Part shown: one piece after another, positions 24,486 through 35,852 of the stretch
How the letters are laid out: each line of letters begins with the position of its first letter
How positions within the stretch are numbered: the first letter of the stretch is position 1
Assembly: GCA_010093995.1 (NCBI GenBank)
Contig: ML992503.1
Span: 673,234-737,233, forward strand
Source of the DNA: Elsinoe ampelina
Taxonomy: Eukaryota
Reading direction: 5' to 3'
DNA: 64,000 nt
Program-made: the position numbers and the translations under genes
The notes under the pieces: model-generated
What the model was told of the DNA's origin: nothing
Databases searched by the model: none
Seen by the model: the letters and a program-made list of their open reading frames with translations, nothing else

Positions 24486-26579
24486 CTACGACGACTTGCG
24501 TAGGGTCTCCCACTTCGTCGAAGTTCGAAAACTCCCCCGCGTACTCCCCCATGCCCTCAAAAACCTATACAGCTCCCTCCCATCATCCCCAGCGCCTGCT
24601 GAGGCCGCTTTGACAATCCTATGAAACACTCTATCGGTCACACTTCGCTTCCCGAATGGAACCTTGACCCTCCGACTCTCTACTTCATCCCTGCTACCTT
24701 TATTCCGCTCGATCTTGTCCAGCCATCTTTGCGAGAGGGTAAACAGTCTCTCCAGCTCGAGCATGCTCCTTCCATCTTCTTCAATGATCCGTACGCCTTC
24801 TTTTGACGCCAGAAGGTCAGCTATCGTGGCGTAGAAGTTGACCAACAAGTTAGCCTCGGCTTGTTTCTCCGATGATCTGTATACAGCCCTGTGGGACTTG
24901 CTAGCCTCTCTGGCAGTTGAGGCGACCTCGACCTGGTACATCAGGGCTTCGACGAATGGCTGAAGCTTCTTGAGGGCATCGAAGATGTGAGATGGCGAGT
25001 GCGAGCTTACGGCGCATGATAGATACTTTCTGAAAGTTCTCGGATCGTACATAGTCAGATCTCCTTTGAGGGCATCCAGTATCCGGTCGGCGTCCCGGAG
25101 TGGGACTAGCCCATCCTCAACAGACTTACGCTTCGCGGTGTCCTTCACTTTGTGTTCATTCCGTGAGGCAGCAGGTCGGCGACTGCGTTGTCCATCGCGG
25201 ACATGTGAATCATCGGCGGAAGCTGCTGCACAAGCGGTCATAGCAAGTGTGTACATGCTCGGGTTTGCTTGGAGACGCTGGTCTTGTCGGGCTGATTTGG
25301 TGTCGTCCTTGAGTTGTTGAATTGCCTCTGCTGCTTGTGTCGAATCAAATGCTTTGATGGCGTGTCGCAGATAGGTCTTGTAGTTGTCGTTGTCAGGGAG
25401 CACCCCAGATGTCTCTATGAATAGCTTCCAGTAGGATCGAGCACTTCGAATCCCCTGGGCTGGCTTCTCGAGGAGATTAGTGCATGCTGTGAGGACCGAG
25501 GAAAGGATGACTGCATGAGCGGGCACTGGCTTGCACTTATGTGCTGTGTCGGCTTTCTTAGAGTTCGACTCGACTGCTGGAGTTTGGTCATTGACAGTAA
25601 TGCCCATAGTCTCTTCTACACAGCGAAGAACGTCCAAGGCAGAACCTGCGCTGGGACGGACGAGAAGCATTTGCAAATGACTCCCAATGAGTTGCGAGTC
25701 GATCCGCAGACGGCCTTTGCGCCACTTATCGATGGCCAGGTGCCAAAGCTGTTGCTCGTCCGAGACATACTGCTGAATTTTCGCATCTCGGTCAGGCTCC
25801 CCGTCGGACACTTCCAGGATCCTTTCTCTAAAGCCACGGAAAAGGGTCGTGAAAGAGATCCTATCCATTGCTCCCGGACCTTCTTCAGGTAGCTCAGAAA
25901 CGACCTTCCAGACGGCATCCATGTCTCCAGCATTAAGATATACCTGCAAGACCGCATTGGTATGAATAATGCTGCGTTTGACCTTGGAGTTGTCCGCAGC
26001 AAGCGAGTCGTAGATCCGATCAGCCAGTGTCACCTGCTGTTTAGAGACCGGTTTCTCAGCCAAGCCTCGCATGAACAGTGTGACCGTGATGGCATCAGGG
26101 AATTGGCCACGTTTCTTCATCTCGTTGTAGATTTTGAAGGCGGCGTCATACTCCCGGCGCTGGGCCAGGTACTCGACAATGGCATTCCAGCCGACAATAC
26201 ATTTCATGTACGGGCTGGAAAGGCGCAGGAGGTTCAATGCTTTCGAAAAGTCATTCTTGGTGAGATGCCTTCGGACAGATTCATCGAGCTTGGCTGGGTC
26301 TTGGAGATATCGAAGCTCACGGCGAAGATTCTTCGCATGTCGATCGTCGAGGTCCTCCTTCAAGATGTCCGTAATAGATCTGGGCTTTCGATTACTGTTG
26401 ACGCCATCTATCGAGCGTTTGTTCTCAGTCTGGTCTTTGTCGATGGTAATTGCCGTGCTTGCCTTCCGAACAGCTGGTGAGAATGAGGATGTTAGGGATT
26501 TGCTGCTCCACGTGTGGAAGTGAGCACAACGAGGGCGACATGATCTTACAGCTCGCAATCTTTGCAGAGCAAGGATCAT
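24486..26579 (-). CDS. Pentatricopeptide-repeat protein, probably mitochondrial; canonical paralog B
   Basis: 697-aa intronless ORF with a basic presequence. It contains LRRELRYLQDP.KL, the PPR motifs WNAIVEYL..AFKIYNEMKKRGQFPDAITVTLFMRGL, and HTNAVLQV..GDMDAVWKVVSELPEEGPGAMD. Confidence 0.9.
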   Translation of the reverse strand: MILALQRLRAVRSCRPRCAHFHTWSSKSLTSSFSPAVRKASTAITIDKDQTENKRSIDGVNSNRKPRSITDILKEDLDDRHAKNLRRELRYLQDPAKLDESVRRHLTKNDFSKALNLLRLSSPYMKCIVGWNAIVEYLAQRREYDAAFKIYNEMKKRGQFPDAITVTLFMRGLAEKPVSKQQVTLADRIYDSLAADNSKVKRSIIHTNAVLQVYLNAGDMDAVWKVVSELPEEGPGAMDRISFTTLFRGFRERILEVSDGEPDRDAKIQQYVSDEQQLWHLAIDKWRKGRLRIDSQLIGSHLQMLLVRPSAGSALDVLRCVEETMGITVNDQTPAVESNSKKADTAHKCKPVPAHAVILSSVLTACTNLLEKPAQGIRSARSYWKLFIETSGVLPDNDNYKTYLRHAIKAFDSTQAAEAIQQLKDDTKSARQDQRLQANPSMYTLAMTACAAASADDSHVRDGQRSRRPAASRNEHKVKDTAKRKSVEDGLVPLRDADRILDALKGDLTMYDPRTFRKYLSCAVSSHSPSHIFDALKKLQPFVEALMYQVEVASTAREASKSHRAVYRSSEKQAEANLLVNFYATIADLLASKEGVRIIEEDGRSMLELERLFTLSQRWLDKIERNKGSRDEVESRRVKVPFGKRSVTDRVFHRIVKAASAGAGDDGRELYRFLRAWGSTRGSFRTSTKWETLRKSS

Positions 26580-26735
26580 AGTCCGTCCGATGAGACGAGT
26601 AGGTCAAATACTGGTGGAAGCGTGAGGTTCATGCAGAGAAAGTGTCGCGCTAAGCCCTTTTCGGACGAAATATTTATGGCATTACGGGACATCTATTATA
26701 TATGTTCTTGCCACCCCGCGCGATGCCGCATATCC

Positions 26736-28618
26736 TCATAAATCTGCCAGTAGGGAGTACTGATTCTTCCCTTGAATAGCCGGCTGACTTGAAGCTGCTT
26801 TGGCCTGCACCTTCGTCTGCCTCTTACCCTTCTTCTTCTTCCCCTTTCCTTGCAGTTTCTCGAACCCACCGTCCAAGGCATCATCTTCTGGCGAGGTTGT
26901 GAGCTTGTCAATCATGTTGACTGTCGTCTGTATCTCTGCCATGCTCATCGCAGATGTACCGTCTTTCCAGTCCAGTACGTCAGAGGTCTTGGGTAAGGAA
27001 GCAAGTACACGATCCAATCGACGGAGATCACGACTTGCATTCTCGCCCAGACTGACGTGCATGTTGACCAAGATCGTAAAGCTGACGATCTGCTTGATGA
27101 GCCGGAGAGAGAAGAGGATGCCCTGCATCTGGGCTTTGGCGTGCAGCAAGGCCCAGGTCCATGGCGGCCAGCTACTATTCAGCACCAAAGCGATCATATC
27201 GTCCCTGCTTGGTAAGCCTTTGCCACTCTGTGTCTGATGATCCAGCAGGATAGCCGCCGCCAGCATTCGCCACCTTGCGGCCACCGGGAGGTGATCGCAA
27301 GTGGTCAGAGCGTCTTCGAGCCAATTGCCGGTATCGCGGATCTCGCTGTCGGTTTGACCTATGGGATGCAGCATCAATGCAGCCGACTGGATCGCTAAGC
27401 CCCGCCGAGTATACTCCGTGACGTAGCCCAAATCCTTGTCGATGTATTTCAGGATGGAATAGCACAGTTTGAGGAGTCCAGTACTAGGCTGAAACGCAGA
27501 TGACTTGCTAGGATCTTCCAAAAGGAACGGTAAGAAGAAGTAAATGCTCCTCTCAGACTTAACAGTAGTGTCGTTACCAGGTCTGATTTGCAGCTGGAGG
27601 ACGAGTTCTGACACGCGGGGATCCTGTTCCTCCAGAAAGCAAACAACGTCCTTATACTGTGTGGTCTGGAGATACTTCATCATAGTCGACTGCTCTCCAT
27701 GGCTCGTATACAGCTTGCGGAACTCCTCATATCCCGAACCAGTAGGATTTTGCATCCTCACCATAGCGGCTGCTTCCGACAGAGATCGGCGAAAGTTCTG
27801 CTTGACACAGTAGGCTGTGGCGATGAGGTTAGGTACTTGAAGTAGCTCCGCGAGCCTGCTTGGATGGTGCACGAGAAGTTCGACCCACAGATTCGCCGTA
27901 GTGTCGAAGCTTACGTCCTTGAAGATCACAACCTTGCCTGTGTCGCCGAGATCTTGTACTAGGAGGTCCGAGTCACTGGTAAAGATGAATGCAGCTTCGT
28001 GACATCTAGCAATCTCCGCACAGTAGCTGTCAGCTTCGCCGGGCACAACTTTTGTGACGGCTCCATAGTCGTTGTTGAACAAAGAATCAAGCACAGCATT
28101 GATGAAGCATGGAGGCGCTGCTATCTGCTCAAGCTTCGTCTCTGACAGAGCCACTGATGGATCGAAGAGTCCCACGCTTGGTGGACCTATACGCCCAAGT
28201 TGATGGTCGTTTCGAGAAGCTCTGAACTTGACCAGGCGATTGAGCGACTGCTGACCACGAGACGATCGTTCGAACTTCTTCCATGAGGGTAGATAACCGT
28301 CAAAGACTATGGCTGCACTGGTGACTGTTAGATTTAACCCAGCTATACTCTTTGAACACGCCTTGTCGCATACATCTCAAAGCCATATTTGGACAGGAGC
28401 TTTAGCCACTGGACAGTGGATCTTGCAAGTTCTTCGTAAGTCGGGACATCATCGAAGGGGCTCTCTCGCTCCTCCCGTTGACTGATACATAGGTTCAGTA
28501 CGTGGTAGGCTAGAGCAGGTCCATCAAGGATGGCTTGTCGACGCTTAAGAGAGTCGCGCTCCAAAATAACACGTTCGGCATGCTCTTCAGCTTTACGGGT
28601 TAGCCCCGGGATACCCAT
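26736..28618 (-). CDS. Asteroid/XPG-I-like PIN-domain (FEN1-superfamily) protein
   Basis: Exon 1 (28618-28374) reads MGIPGL..ILDGPALAYH. Intron is 28373-28318. Exon 2 reads IVFDGYLP..K..ER..VPGEADSYCA..TSDSDLL.., with a Lys-rich tail ending NQYSLLADL*. Confidence 0.88.
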
Positions 28619-28640
28619 GGTGATGACGAGGGTATAATTA

Positions 28641-29083
28641 CGAGTCTAATGTGCATAGTTCTAATTGCGGTTACTAGTAGGAAATAGAGTGTTATTCTAG
28701 GAATTTTAGGAGTTCTAACTCTAAATTAGATAAGTTACTCACTTCTAAGAGCGTCTTAGTATTCCTATATATAGTACTCTAGATTAGAAAGTATATTAGA
28801 ATATAGTACTATTAAGACTTATTTAACTATAAGACTTTTTATTATAATATAAATATAAGAAAGATAATTAAGTTAACTAATTAAATTATATTCTAAATTA
28901 ATATTTAACTAAATCTAAATTATAATCTATCTTATATTAAAAACTATATCATAGAATCTATGTATATAAGTATACTATATATCTTAGTATACAGTAGAAT
29001 TCTATAGAAATCTAAAAGGCTTAGTAATATTTTAGATTTCCTAGGACTTTTCAAAACTGCAAGTTTTCGAGAATTCCCGCAAC
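28641..29083. mobile_element. AT-rich RIP-degenerated repeat relic (solo LTR or TE fragment)
   Basis: An abrupt ~440-bp TpA-rich island in ~52% GC sequence. It is flanked by ATAATTA at 28634-28640 and 29084-29090, and its right end reads TGTTGCGGG on the minus strand (LTR-like). Confidence 0.65.
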
Positions 29084-29445
29084 ATAATTAAGTCCCTGAT
29101 CAACGTCGCGTGCAATTTGTCCAAGGGACTGAGGAGATCTCTCACAACACCACAACTTCATTGGTCTCAATGGATATAATTCGGTACAATGTCGCGTCGC
29201 GTTTTAGTGAGCCTGACTCGGTCCCCCACGTCCTAACCAGATCTTACATCCCATGTCACGTTTCCTCCTGCCATCCATGGATACATCATAAGAGATTGCC
29301 TCGCCCCATTTGACCTTGTCCGCCCATGATAAACGGACCGTGTATAACGCCGTCGCCAAATCAACAAGTCGTTGTCGTCCCCGTGCCAGCGGTGGTCATA
29401 TCCGCTATCCTGCTTGTCCCTACTATCATAGTGATGAGATAATGC

Positions 29446-32400
29446 TCAATCACTCCCTGACGACTCGTCTTCACTGTCCGGCTCCTGTAATACCACCTTC
29501 CTCATGACGTCCTTGTCGAAAAGATCGATAACGAACCTGCATGCACCAAGTCTGTAGTGGTGCATCGCCAGCACCTGCAGCACCTTCTTGAAGAGCTTGA
29601 CCGTCTTCAGTCCCGGTGCTTTGCGCATCTTGTAACTGCTTCTTGTTAGTACTGTTTCTAATGGCTTTTGAAGTGCAATATACTTGTTCAGCTCCGCAGC
29701 AGTCTTGTTCCACAAAATCGCATTCGCCAATCTCTCTGTCGCATCTAGAATGCCTTGATTGACCCTATCCTCATCTTTGGGCACCTTGTCCCGGTCGGCA
29801 ATGAGCAGAGGATCTCGCTCTTGTTTGCCCGCCCAGCTCTTCAGGCCGAACAACTTGCCAATATCTAGCGGCAGGACATAGCCCAGGCACTTGCCAACCA
29901 CATCCGTGGTTCCATCCCAGCCATGTTGCGCGAGGATCTCTTGCCCATGCACACTCCTGCTGATGAGGCCCAGAACGAAAAATGCCGTACCTCGCATCGT
30001 CATGACCTCGCTATTCTCTGCGATCTCGATGATCTTGGTTGTCACATTACTTCGGTCCAGGAATGGGCTCCCAAGCTCCATGCTTCCCACATTACCGACG
30101 GCCCAGAGACATCCTTTGACTTTGAGAATAAGTTCTGCATCCTCGCATTCCAGCCCACAGTCCATAATCGTCGCTGTGAACTCTTCAAAGTGACCCTTTG
30201 CGCGGAGTAATTCGCAGCCTTCGGCAGTCCGGGTCAGCTCCTTGTAAAAGTGCGGTGGAACAGTGCCCCATTCTGCGGTGCTCTCTTCGACTTGCCCAGG
30301 AGGTAACTGGCGTGGCTTCTCCATCTCTCCTGCTCCTCCAAGACCACGGGCAAGACTGGCTTCGACAAGTGTGACGTAGCCATCATTACGACCCAGGAAC
30401 CAGTCGTCCATTTCTCGGGTGATATAATCCAGGCCGTCGAGATAGTGGTAGCCAACGCTGCTTGAAAGAAACCGTAGTAGAAGTGGGGCACCGATCTCGC
30501 CAAGGTGATCGAGCGCAGGGCGGCACTTGACGACATATTCAAGCCCAGTGGGAGAGTTGCTCGCTTCTTCGAGGATCTTGATGGCGACCTCACAGACGGC
30601 TATCTCGGTATCGTACAGCTGCGCCACAAGAAGACGGATGGCCCATGCAGCACAGTCGTCCATGGGACGCACAGCGTACCGGCGAAGTAAGCGTGTTCCA
30701 AGGATGCGAACATTACGAGAGCCAGTAATGAGGGCCTTGGCAAGGATGATACGTGGATGCGAGTCTTGCGCAAAGTCGAGATTGGTAAGGATGAGAGACA
30801 CCAGATCGTCGCGGTCTTTGAGCTCGACGAGATGGTACAGCATGTTGATGATCTTGCGAGTGGAGAGAAGTGCGAGACCTTTGGTGTCTGAGGAGAGAAC
30901 GCCAAGTATCGGAAAGTAGCCGCAGGCAAGCGTATCGACCAAACGTTCTGGGGAGAAGAGAGGCGCAGAAGAAGTGATGCCGGACATACGATCCCATTGG
31001 GCAAGACACTCGGCTACTTGAGGCAGAAGCTTGTTTTCGGCAAGGTAGCGACCTCCTTCCGGTGTCTGGAGCAGGACTCGCACCAAAGCACATCCAGCCC
31101 GAATGTAACGTTGGTTTGCGCGTGTATTCCGTACATCGCTGAAGCGGTATTTGAAAGGCCTAAGGAAGCCTAGTAGACGATGAACGAATTTTGTGGCCTT
31201 GATTGCTTCATCGAGGCGTCGTGGATTTGTGAGTGGGCCTTCAATCATGGCTGTGATGAGATCCCAGTCCCACTTGAGGTAGTTCACAGTCGAGAGCACC
31301 ATCGAGTCTATCATCAGTGATCTAAACTGCGTCTCATCCATGGAGGCGGAGAGTTGTAGCTTGGGTTGCTCCGCCACTCTTTGAGGTTGCCAGAAATTTG
31401 ACGAAACAGAATTCGACTTTTGTATGGCTGAAGACGTCGAGTCACCTTTCGGCAAGGTTCGGTAGAGTGTTCGATTTACACTGTCGACCTGGTAGATGGC
31501 TGCCACGGCATGGAAGCGCTCGTCGGTGCCAAAGGCTGCTGCGGACTTGAAGAGTGATGGGAGTGTTTGCAGGTCGGCAGACCATGCTGGCGGCAATAGC
31601 TGATTCGCAAGAGTCAACACTTCTCCGAGTAATAGTGTTGTTTTCCGCTTAAGATTCTGATTTGGCGCATCCTGTTCAGCATGTAGTAGAGCGTCTGCTA
31701 GACCACATTTGAGAAGAAGGGCGAGCACGATCGCGGTGAAATGATCGATGAGGTTGACGTTCTGTTCTGTGCTGTCTGGAGATGATGCTTTGACAGGAGG
31801 TGGCTTGTTCTCGGATCTCAAATTGGCAACTCGACCATACGTGGTGAGTCTCCTGCCAGCAAGGAATGTCGATGACCATGATGGTGGCTTGATCCGGAGA
31901 ATCTCGAACAGCAGATCGAGCGTAATCGTGCGCACAGATAGATGCGTGACATACAAGGATGACACGAGAGATCTAATGGGTAGATAATCATGCAGCGTAA
32001 GTGTCGTGATACCCGGCCAGCTTTGGAACAGAGACAGAATGACCCGACTGCTCGACCGCAATTTCTCCTCGAAGCCATGACTCGGTGGCGGTTCTGTGAA
32101 CGTCGCAAAAGGACTGCTGAGCTCGAAGCCTGATCTGAGCAGCTTGCGCCGTGCCGGAAAGTCAAGCAAATGCAGAAAGCAATTCACGATCGTGTCCGGT
32201 GCGTGGTATGTGCCGCTTCCCATGGCCTCCGTGAGCACTCCTACTCCGCCGGCAGACACTAACAGCTTCGGATTCCGTATCAATATCTCGGCCAGTGTCA
32301 TTATACATAAAGGTCGTAGTCGGTCGTCGTTCTGGTCTGCTATTGCCACAATGATCCGAACGATGCCAGTGGCTATCTCGTTCACGCCGTCCTTGACATC

Positions 32401-33351
32401 TAGGAAAGCCCTCACAAACTTCAGCGCCTGCTCTCTTTCGACCGAGGCTTTGGCATCCTTGACGAGAGAGACGATTACTAGGTAGTCCGTATTGAGTTCT
32501 CGAATCGTCCGTAGCGATTTTCGATCTGTGATTGCGTGCCTGATCACCCTGTATCCAGAAGCAATGACTTCGCGTACATCACTGAGCAATAGCATCTGCA
32601 TGCGCAAGCCGAAGATGGACCAAGCTAGATCGTACTTCAAGGTCGGGTGCCTCTTAAGCAGACTGACCAGATCATTGGCGTGGTTGACGTAGTAATCGGC
32701 GGTCATGTTCTCCGACTCCAGCGCCTGTAGCAATTCTGCCAGCAGGAATGTGGGACTCTCTGTCTCTGGTTCGGGCTCATGCGCAGTGTCGCTCTCCGAC
32801 AGGCCCGCTCGAGACGAGCTCCTGAATGCATCATTGCTGAAGAAACCGAGCGTGTTCGTAGCCTTTGTTTGCTCCACCGTATTCTTGGGCACACTATCCA
32901 ATTGCTGCTTCAGCTTTTGTATCCTTCGATTCGTTTCATTCAACTCTTTCTCCACGTACAGCCTCTGCTCTCTGTTCTGCTTGGGGTTCTTTTGATTCAG
33001 CGCCTCCAGTAGATTTTCAGATCCAACCTTGATCTTGATCTCCTTGTCTATTCGGTCGCGGTAATATGCTCGCTTTTGTTCCGGCGTCTTGTCTTCGAGG
33101 TTCTCGTCAACACCAGCATATTGACTCAGATCAGTCCTTGATCCGTCGAATCGTCCTATTTGCGATTTGAGGTCGGCGACAAAGGATCCCGGTGGACCCA
33201 TGGCAGTAGCGTATGACTGACCGCGAGACATGTAGCTCGCATTCGAGAGTGAGCGTGCATCTTTGTTGCCTCTCCCCGGTACCAGGTGAGACCCGGCCTC
33301 AAATGTGCTCGTCCCAGTCATGGGGCCATTGGCGCGAGGCGTGGGCGTCAT
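29446..33351 (-). CDS. RICTOR: TORC2 subunit Rictor (Avo3/Ste20/pianissimo)
   Basis: ~1285-1301 aa. Contains an HR1 domain (IDKEIKIKVGSENLLEAL), RICTOR_N (EREQALKFVRAF; SSTFLAGRRLTTYGR) and RICTOR_V (VKGCLWAVGNVGS..RGTAFFVLGLIS). A probable 48-nt intron lies at 29683-29636. Confidence 0.95.
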   Translation of the reverse strand: MTPTPRANGPMTGTSTFEAGSHLVPGRGNKDARSLSNASYMSRGQSYATAMGPPGSFVADLKSQIGRFDGSRTDLSQYAGVDENLEDKTPEQKRAYYRDRIDKEIKIKVGSENLLEALNQKNPKQNREQRLYVEKELNETNRRIQKLKQQLDSVPKNTVEQTKATNTLGFFSNDAFRSSSRAGLSESDTAHEPEPETESPTFLLAELLQALESENMTADYYVNHANDLVSLLKRHPTLKYDLAWSIFGLRMQMLLLSDVREVIASGYRVIRHAITDRKSLRTIRELNTDYLVIVSLVKDAKASVEREQALKFVRAFLDVKDGVNEIATGIVRIIVAIADQNDDRLRPLCIMTLAEILIRNPKLLVSAGGVGVLTEAMGSGTYHAPDTIVNCFLHLLDFPARRKLLRSGFELSSPFATFTEPPPSHGFEEKLRSSSRVILSLFQSWPGITTLTLHDYLPIRSLVSSLYVTHLSVRTITLDLLFEILRIKPPSWSSTFLAGRRLTTYGRVANLRSENKPPPVKASSPDSTEQNVNLIDHFTAIVLALLLKCGLADALLHAEQDAPNQNLKRKTTLLLGEVLTLANQLLPPAWSADLQTLPSLFKSAAAFGTDERFHAVAAIYQVDSVNRTLYRTLPKGDSTSSAIQKSNSVSSNFWQPQRVAEQPKLQLSASMDETQFRSLMIDSMVLSTVNYLKWDWDLITAMIEGPLTNPRRLDEAIKATKFVHRLLGFLRPFKYRFSDVRNTRANQRYIRAGCALVRVLLQTPEGGRYLAENKLLPQVAECLAQWDRMSGITSSAPLFSPERLVDTLACGYFPILGVLSSDTKGLALLSTRKIINMLYHLVELKDRDDLVSLILTNLDFAQDSHPRIILAKALITGSRNVRILGTRLLRRYAVRPMDDCAAWAIRLLVAQLYDTEIAVCEVAIKILEEASNSPTGLEYVVKCRPALDHLGEIGAPLLLRFLSSSVGYHYLDGLDYITREMDDWFLGRNDGYVTLVEASLARGLGGAGEMEKPRQLPPGQVEESTAEWGTVPPHFYKELTRTAEGCELLRAKGHFEEFTATIMDCGLECEDAELILKVKGCLWAVGNVGSMELGSPFLDRSNVTTKIIEIAENSEVMTMRGTAFFVLGLISRSVHGQEILAQHGWDGTTDVVGKCLGYVLPLDIGKLFGLKSWAGKQERDPLLIADRDKVPKDEDRVNQGILDATERLANAILWNKTAAELNKYIALQKPLETVLTRSSYKMRKAPGLKTVKLFKKVLQVLAMHHYRLGACRFVIDLFDKDVMRKVVLQEPDSEDESSGSD

Positions 33352-34095
33352 CTAGCCCGGTGTTGCAAACGTTGCCTGCATCCGAGAGTATGCTCGCTTG
33401 GCTTGATCCCGTACATGGGAAGTGGACGGGAGTGTGTAACCATTCAAGGTGGAGTGTCCAGCAAGGTGAATGGCAAGCGGCTGACGGCGGGCGATGAGTG
33501 AAGGCAATCTTACCTGTCTAGTCTTGTATTCTGACGCAGTTGACTGGAAACCTAGTTCTCGATGTCGTGTGGTTGCTGCGGACCCAGTATGTGCGGCACA
33601 GACGTAGTGGTGGTAGTAGAGTGGGGATGGTGTCTAGCGTGGGTGAAGCTATTGCCAAGGAAGTGAATCTTGACAGGCCGCGACAGCCCAGGAGCTCTGC
33701 CCGCGATCAGATAGCTGTAGGCCGCTCAAATGATTCGGGATCGACCGCCAGGGTTCGGGGGAGTTGGACCAAGGGGACGGTCGGGTTACGATGGCTTGCT
33801 AGTTCGTTGACGGTGCAGATGCGGTTCAGATGCGCCCAAATAGTCAAACGCGGAAATGCGCGCAGCGGCGAACTCCGACTAGCAAATACCAAAGCTGGTC
33901 ACCGAACATGTCTTTGCTCAATCAAAGCACGCTTGCACATGCTCTATTGAGAATTTTGCCGTTGGATCCGCTTGAGCTATAAGACGCACTCCTCTGCCAT
34001 CGACAAGACTGTCTTCATTCTTCATTCCAAGCCCAGCAACCACAAGAGAACCCTCGCATAGCTCATCTCCAAACAAGTGGGGCAGCATAGACACA

Positions 34096-35097
34096 ATGGC
34101 ACAGCTCAGTCAAGCACGATATGGCAAGGACAACATCCGCCTGTACAAAGTCCACAAGGCGGCAGATGGAACACAATCCGTCTGTGAGATGACTGTCAAG
34201 ACCATGCTGGAAGGAGACATTGATACCTCGTACGAGCTCTTATCTCTGGTCAGGAGCTAGCTACTGATATGCCTCAGATACACCGTAGCTGACAACTCTG
34301 TGGTTGTCGCTACTGACACGCAGAAGCAAACGACCTATGTCCTAGCCAAGCAACACCCTGTAGACCCTCCCGAGCTCTTTGCAGCCATCCTCGCCAACCA
34401 CTTTGTCTCCAAGTACTCGCACATCCACGCAGCTCACGTGAGCATCATCGTACATCGCTGGACGAGATTGACAGTCGACGGAAAGCCACACCCACACTCG
34501 TTCATCCGAGATGGGGAAGAGAAGCGTATTGTCGAAGCAGTAGCCAAGGAAGGGCAAGGCATCACGATCCGGTCGGGGCTTGAGGGTCTGCTGGTATTGA
34601 AGAGCACTGGCTCTGCCTTCTACGGGTTTGATCGTGACGAATACACCAGACTTCCCGAGACGTGGGACAGAATCCTTAGCACAGAGGTCGAATCCACCTG
34701 GCAGTGGAAGAAGTTCGCCAACCTGGAAGCGGTCGAGGCAGAGCAGTCCAAGTTCAATTCGGCGTGGGAGACGGCGAGGACCATTACGTTGGACACCTTT
34801 GCCAAAGACGAGAGCCCGTCGGTGCAGAACACCATGTACAAGATGTCGGAGCAGATCTTGGCGGCAGTTCCAGAAGTCGACAGTGTCGACTATGCTCTGC
34901 CCAACAAGCATTATTTCGAGATTGGTGAGTTCTATGTCTGCAGCTGTGTATTGCGGATGCTAATTTCTTCAGACATGAGCTGGTTTAACGGCCTGAAGAA
35001 CACCGGGAAGGATGCCGAAGTGTATGCTCCCCAATCAGACCCAAATGGGCTGATCACCTGCACAGTGTCGAGGAAGAATGTTGGGAGCAGATTGTAG
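34096..35097 (+). CDS. uaZ: Uricase (urate oxidase), peroxisomal
   Basis: Contains ARYGKDNIR, DNSVVVATDTQKQT, VLKSTGSAF, SPSVQNTMY and LPNKHYF. Introns are 34230-34277 and 34925-34972. The C-terminus is the PTS1 signal SRL*. Confidence 0.97.
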
Positions 35098-35249
35098 GCG
35101 GGTATTGCTGGTAAAGGTGTTTTATGGGTCGGGGGTGCGTTTGGAATGCGAGTGCCGGTAGCATTATATCATACATAGAATCTGTGACGAATATAGACAT
35201 GAATCGTAAAGGTTGCTGTCCAAGGTGGCTGCCTCGAATGGCCTGTTTT

Positions 35250-35852
35250 TCATGCTGCCGGTGCCGAAGGCTGTGATGCCTCCGGTGGCGTTCCCAATGC
35301 TGGTAATGGCTGTGCCTGATGTCGAATCTTTAGGATGTTGGGCTTGTAGGGATGAATGTGTCCTTCAAAAGCTACATGTATGGTCAGCGTGTGTTGAGCT
35401 CTCGGATCGAAACAAGTCTTACTCTTCAATCTGGCCATCCTCTCATCTCGTAGCCTGTTCTTGGGCAACATGCCTCTGACAGCTCTTCGCAGGATTTCGG
35501 AACCTCCCCACTTCTCAATCATCTTGTCCATGGTGATTTCTTTTAGACTTCCAGGTCGGGTGGTATGGCTGTAGTACTTTTTCTGAAACCTCTTCTTGCC
35601 AGTTGTGTGGACATCATGACATCCGACGGCCACAACATAGTCTCCGCAGTCTGTCGAAGGGTTCCAGATGGGCTTGTTCTTTCCCATGAGTGTCAATGCT
35701 ATCGATGATGCCACTCGGCCGAGTGGTCGCGGGTCTGTACTGAGGTCGACAAGGTGCCATGCTCGGCTGTATGCGAGTCGCGTCTAACATTTTCAGTAAG
35801 CTACGATACTTCTCCGAGCGACCATACATACCCGACCCAAATATTGCGACAT
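35250..35852 (-). CDS. MRPL23: Mitochondrial large-subunit ribosomal protein uL13m
   Basis: MSQYLGR, intron 35831-35784, then TRLAYSRAWHLVD..LGRVASSIA..LMGKNKP..DCGDYVV..AVRGMLPKNRL. A second intron lies at 35422-35372. Confidence 0.95.

Noticed and set aside
33352..33512. Upstream coding exon for Rictor (GTAAGA donor at 33512, TAG just before the ATG)
   Set aside because: I found no convincing upstream ATG exon; at most this is a 5' UTR intron.
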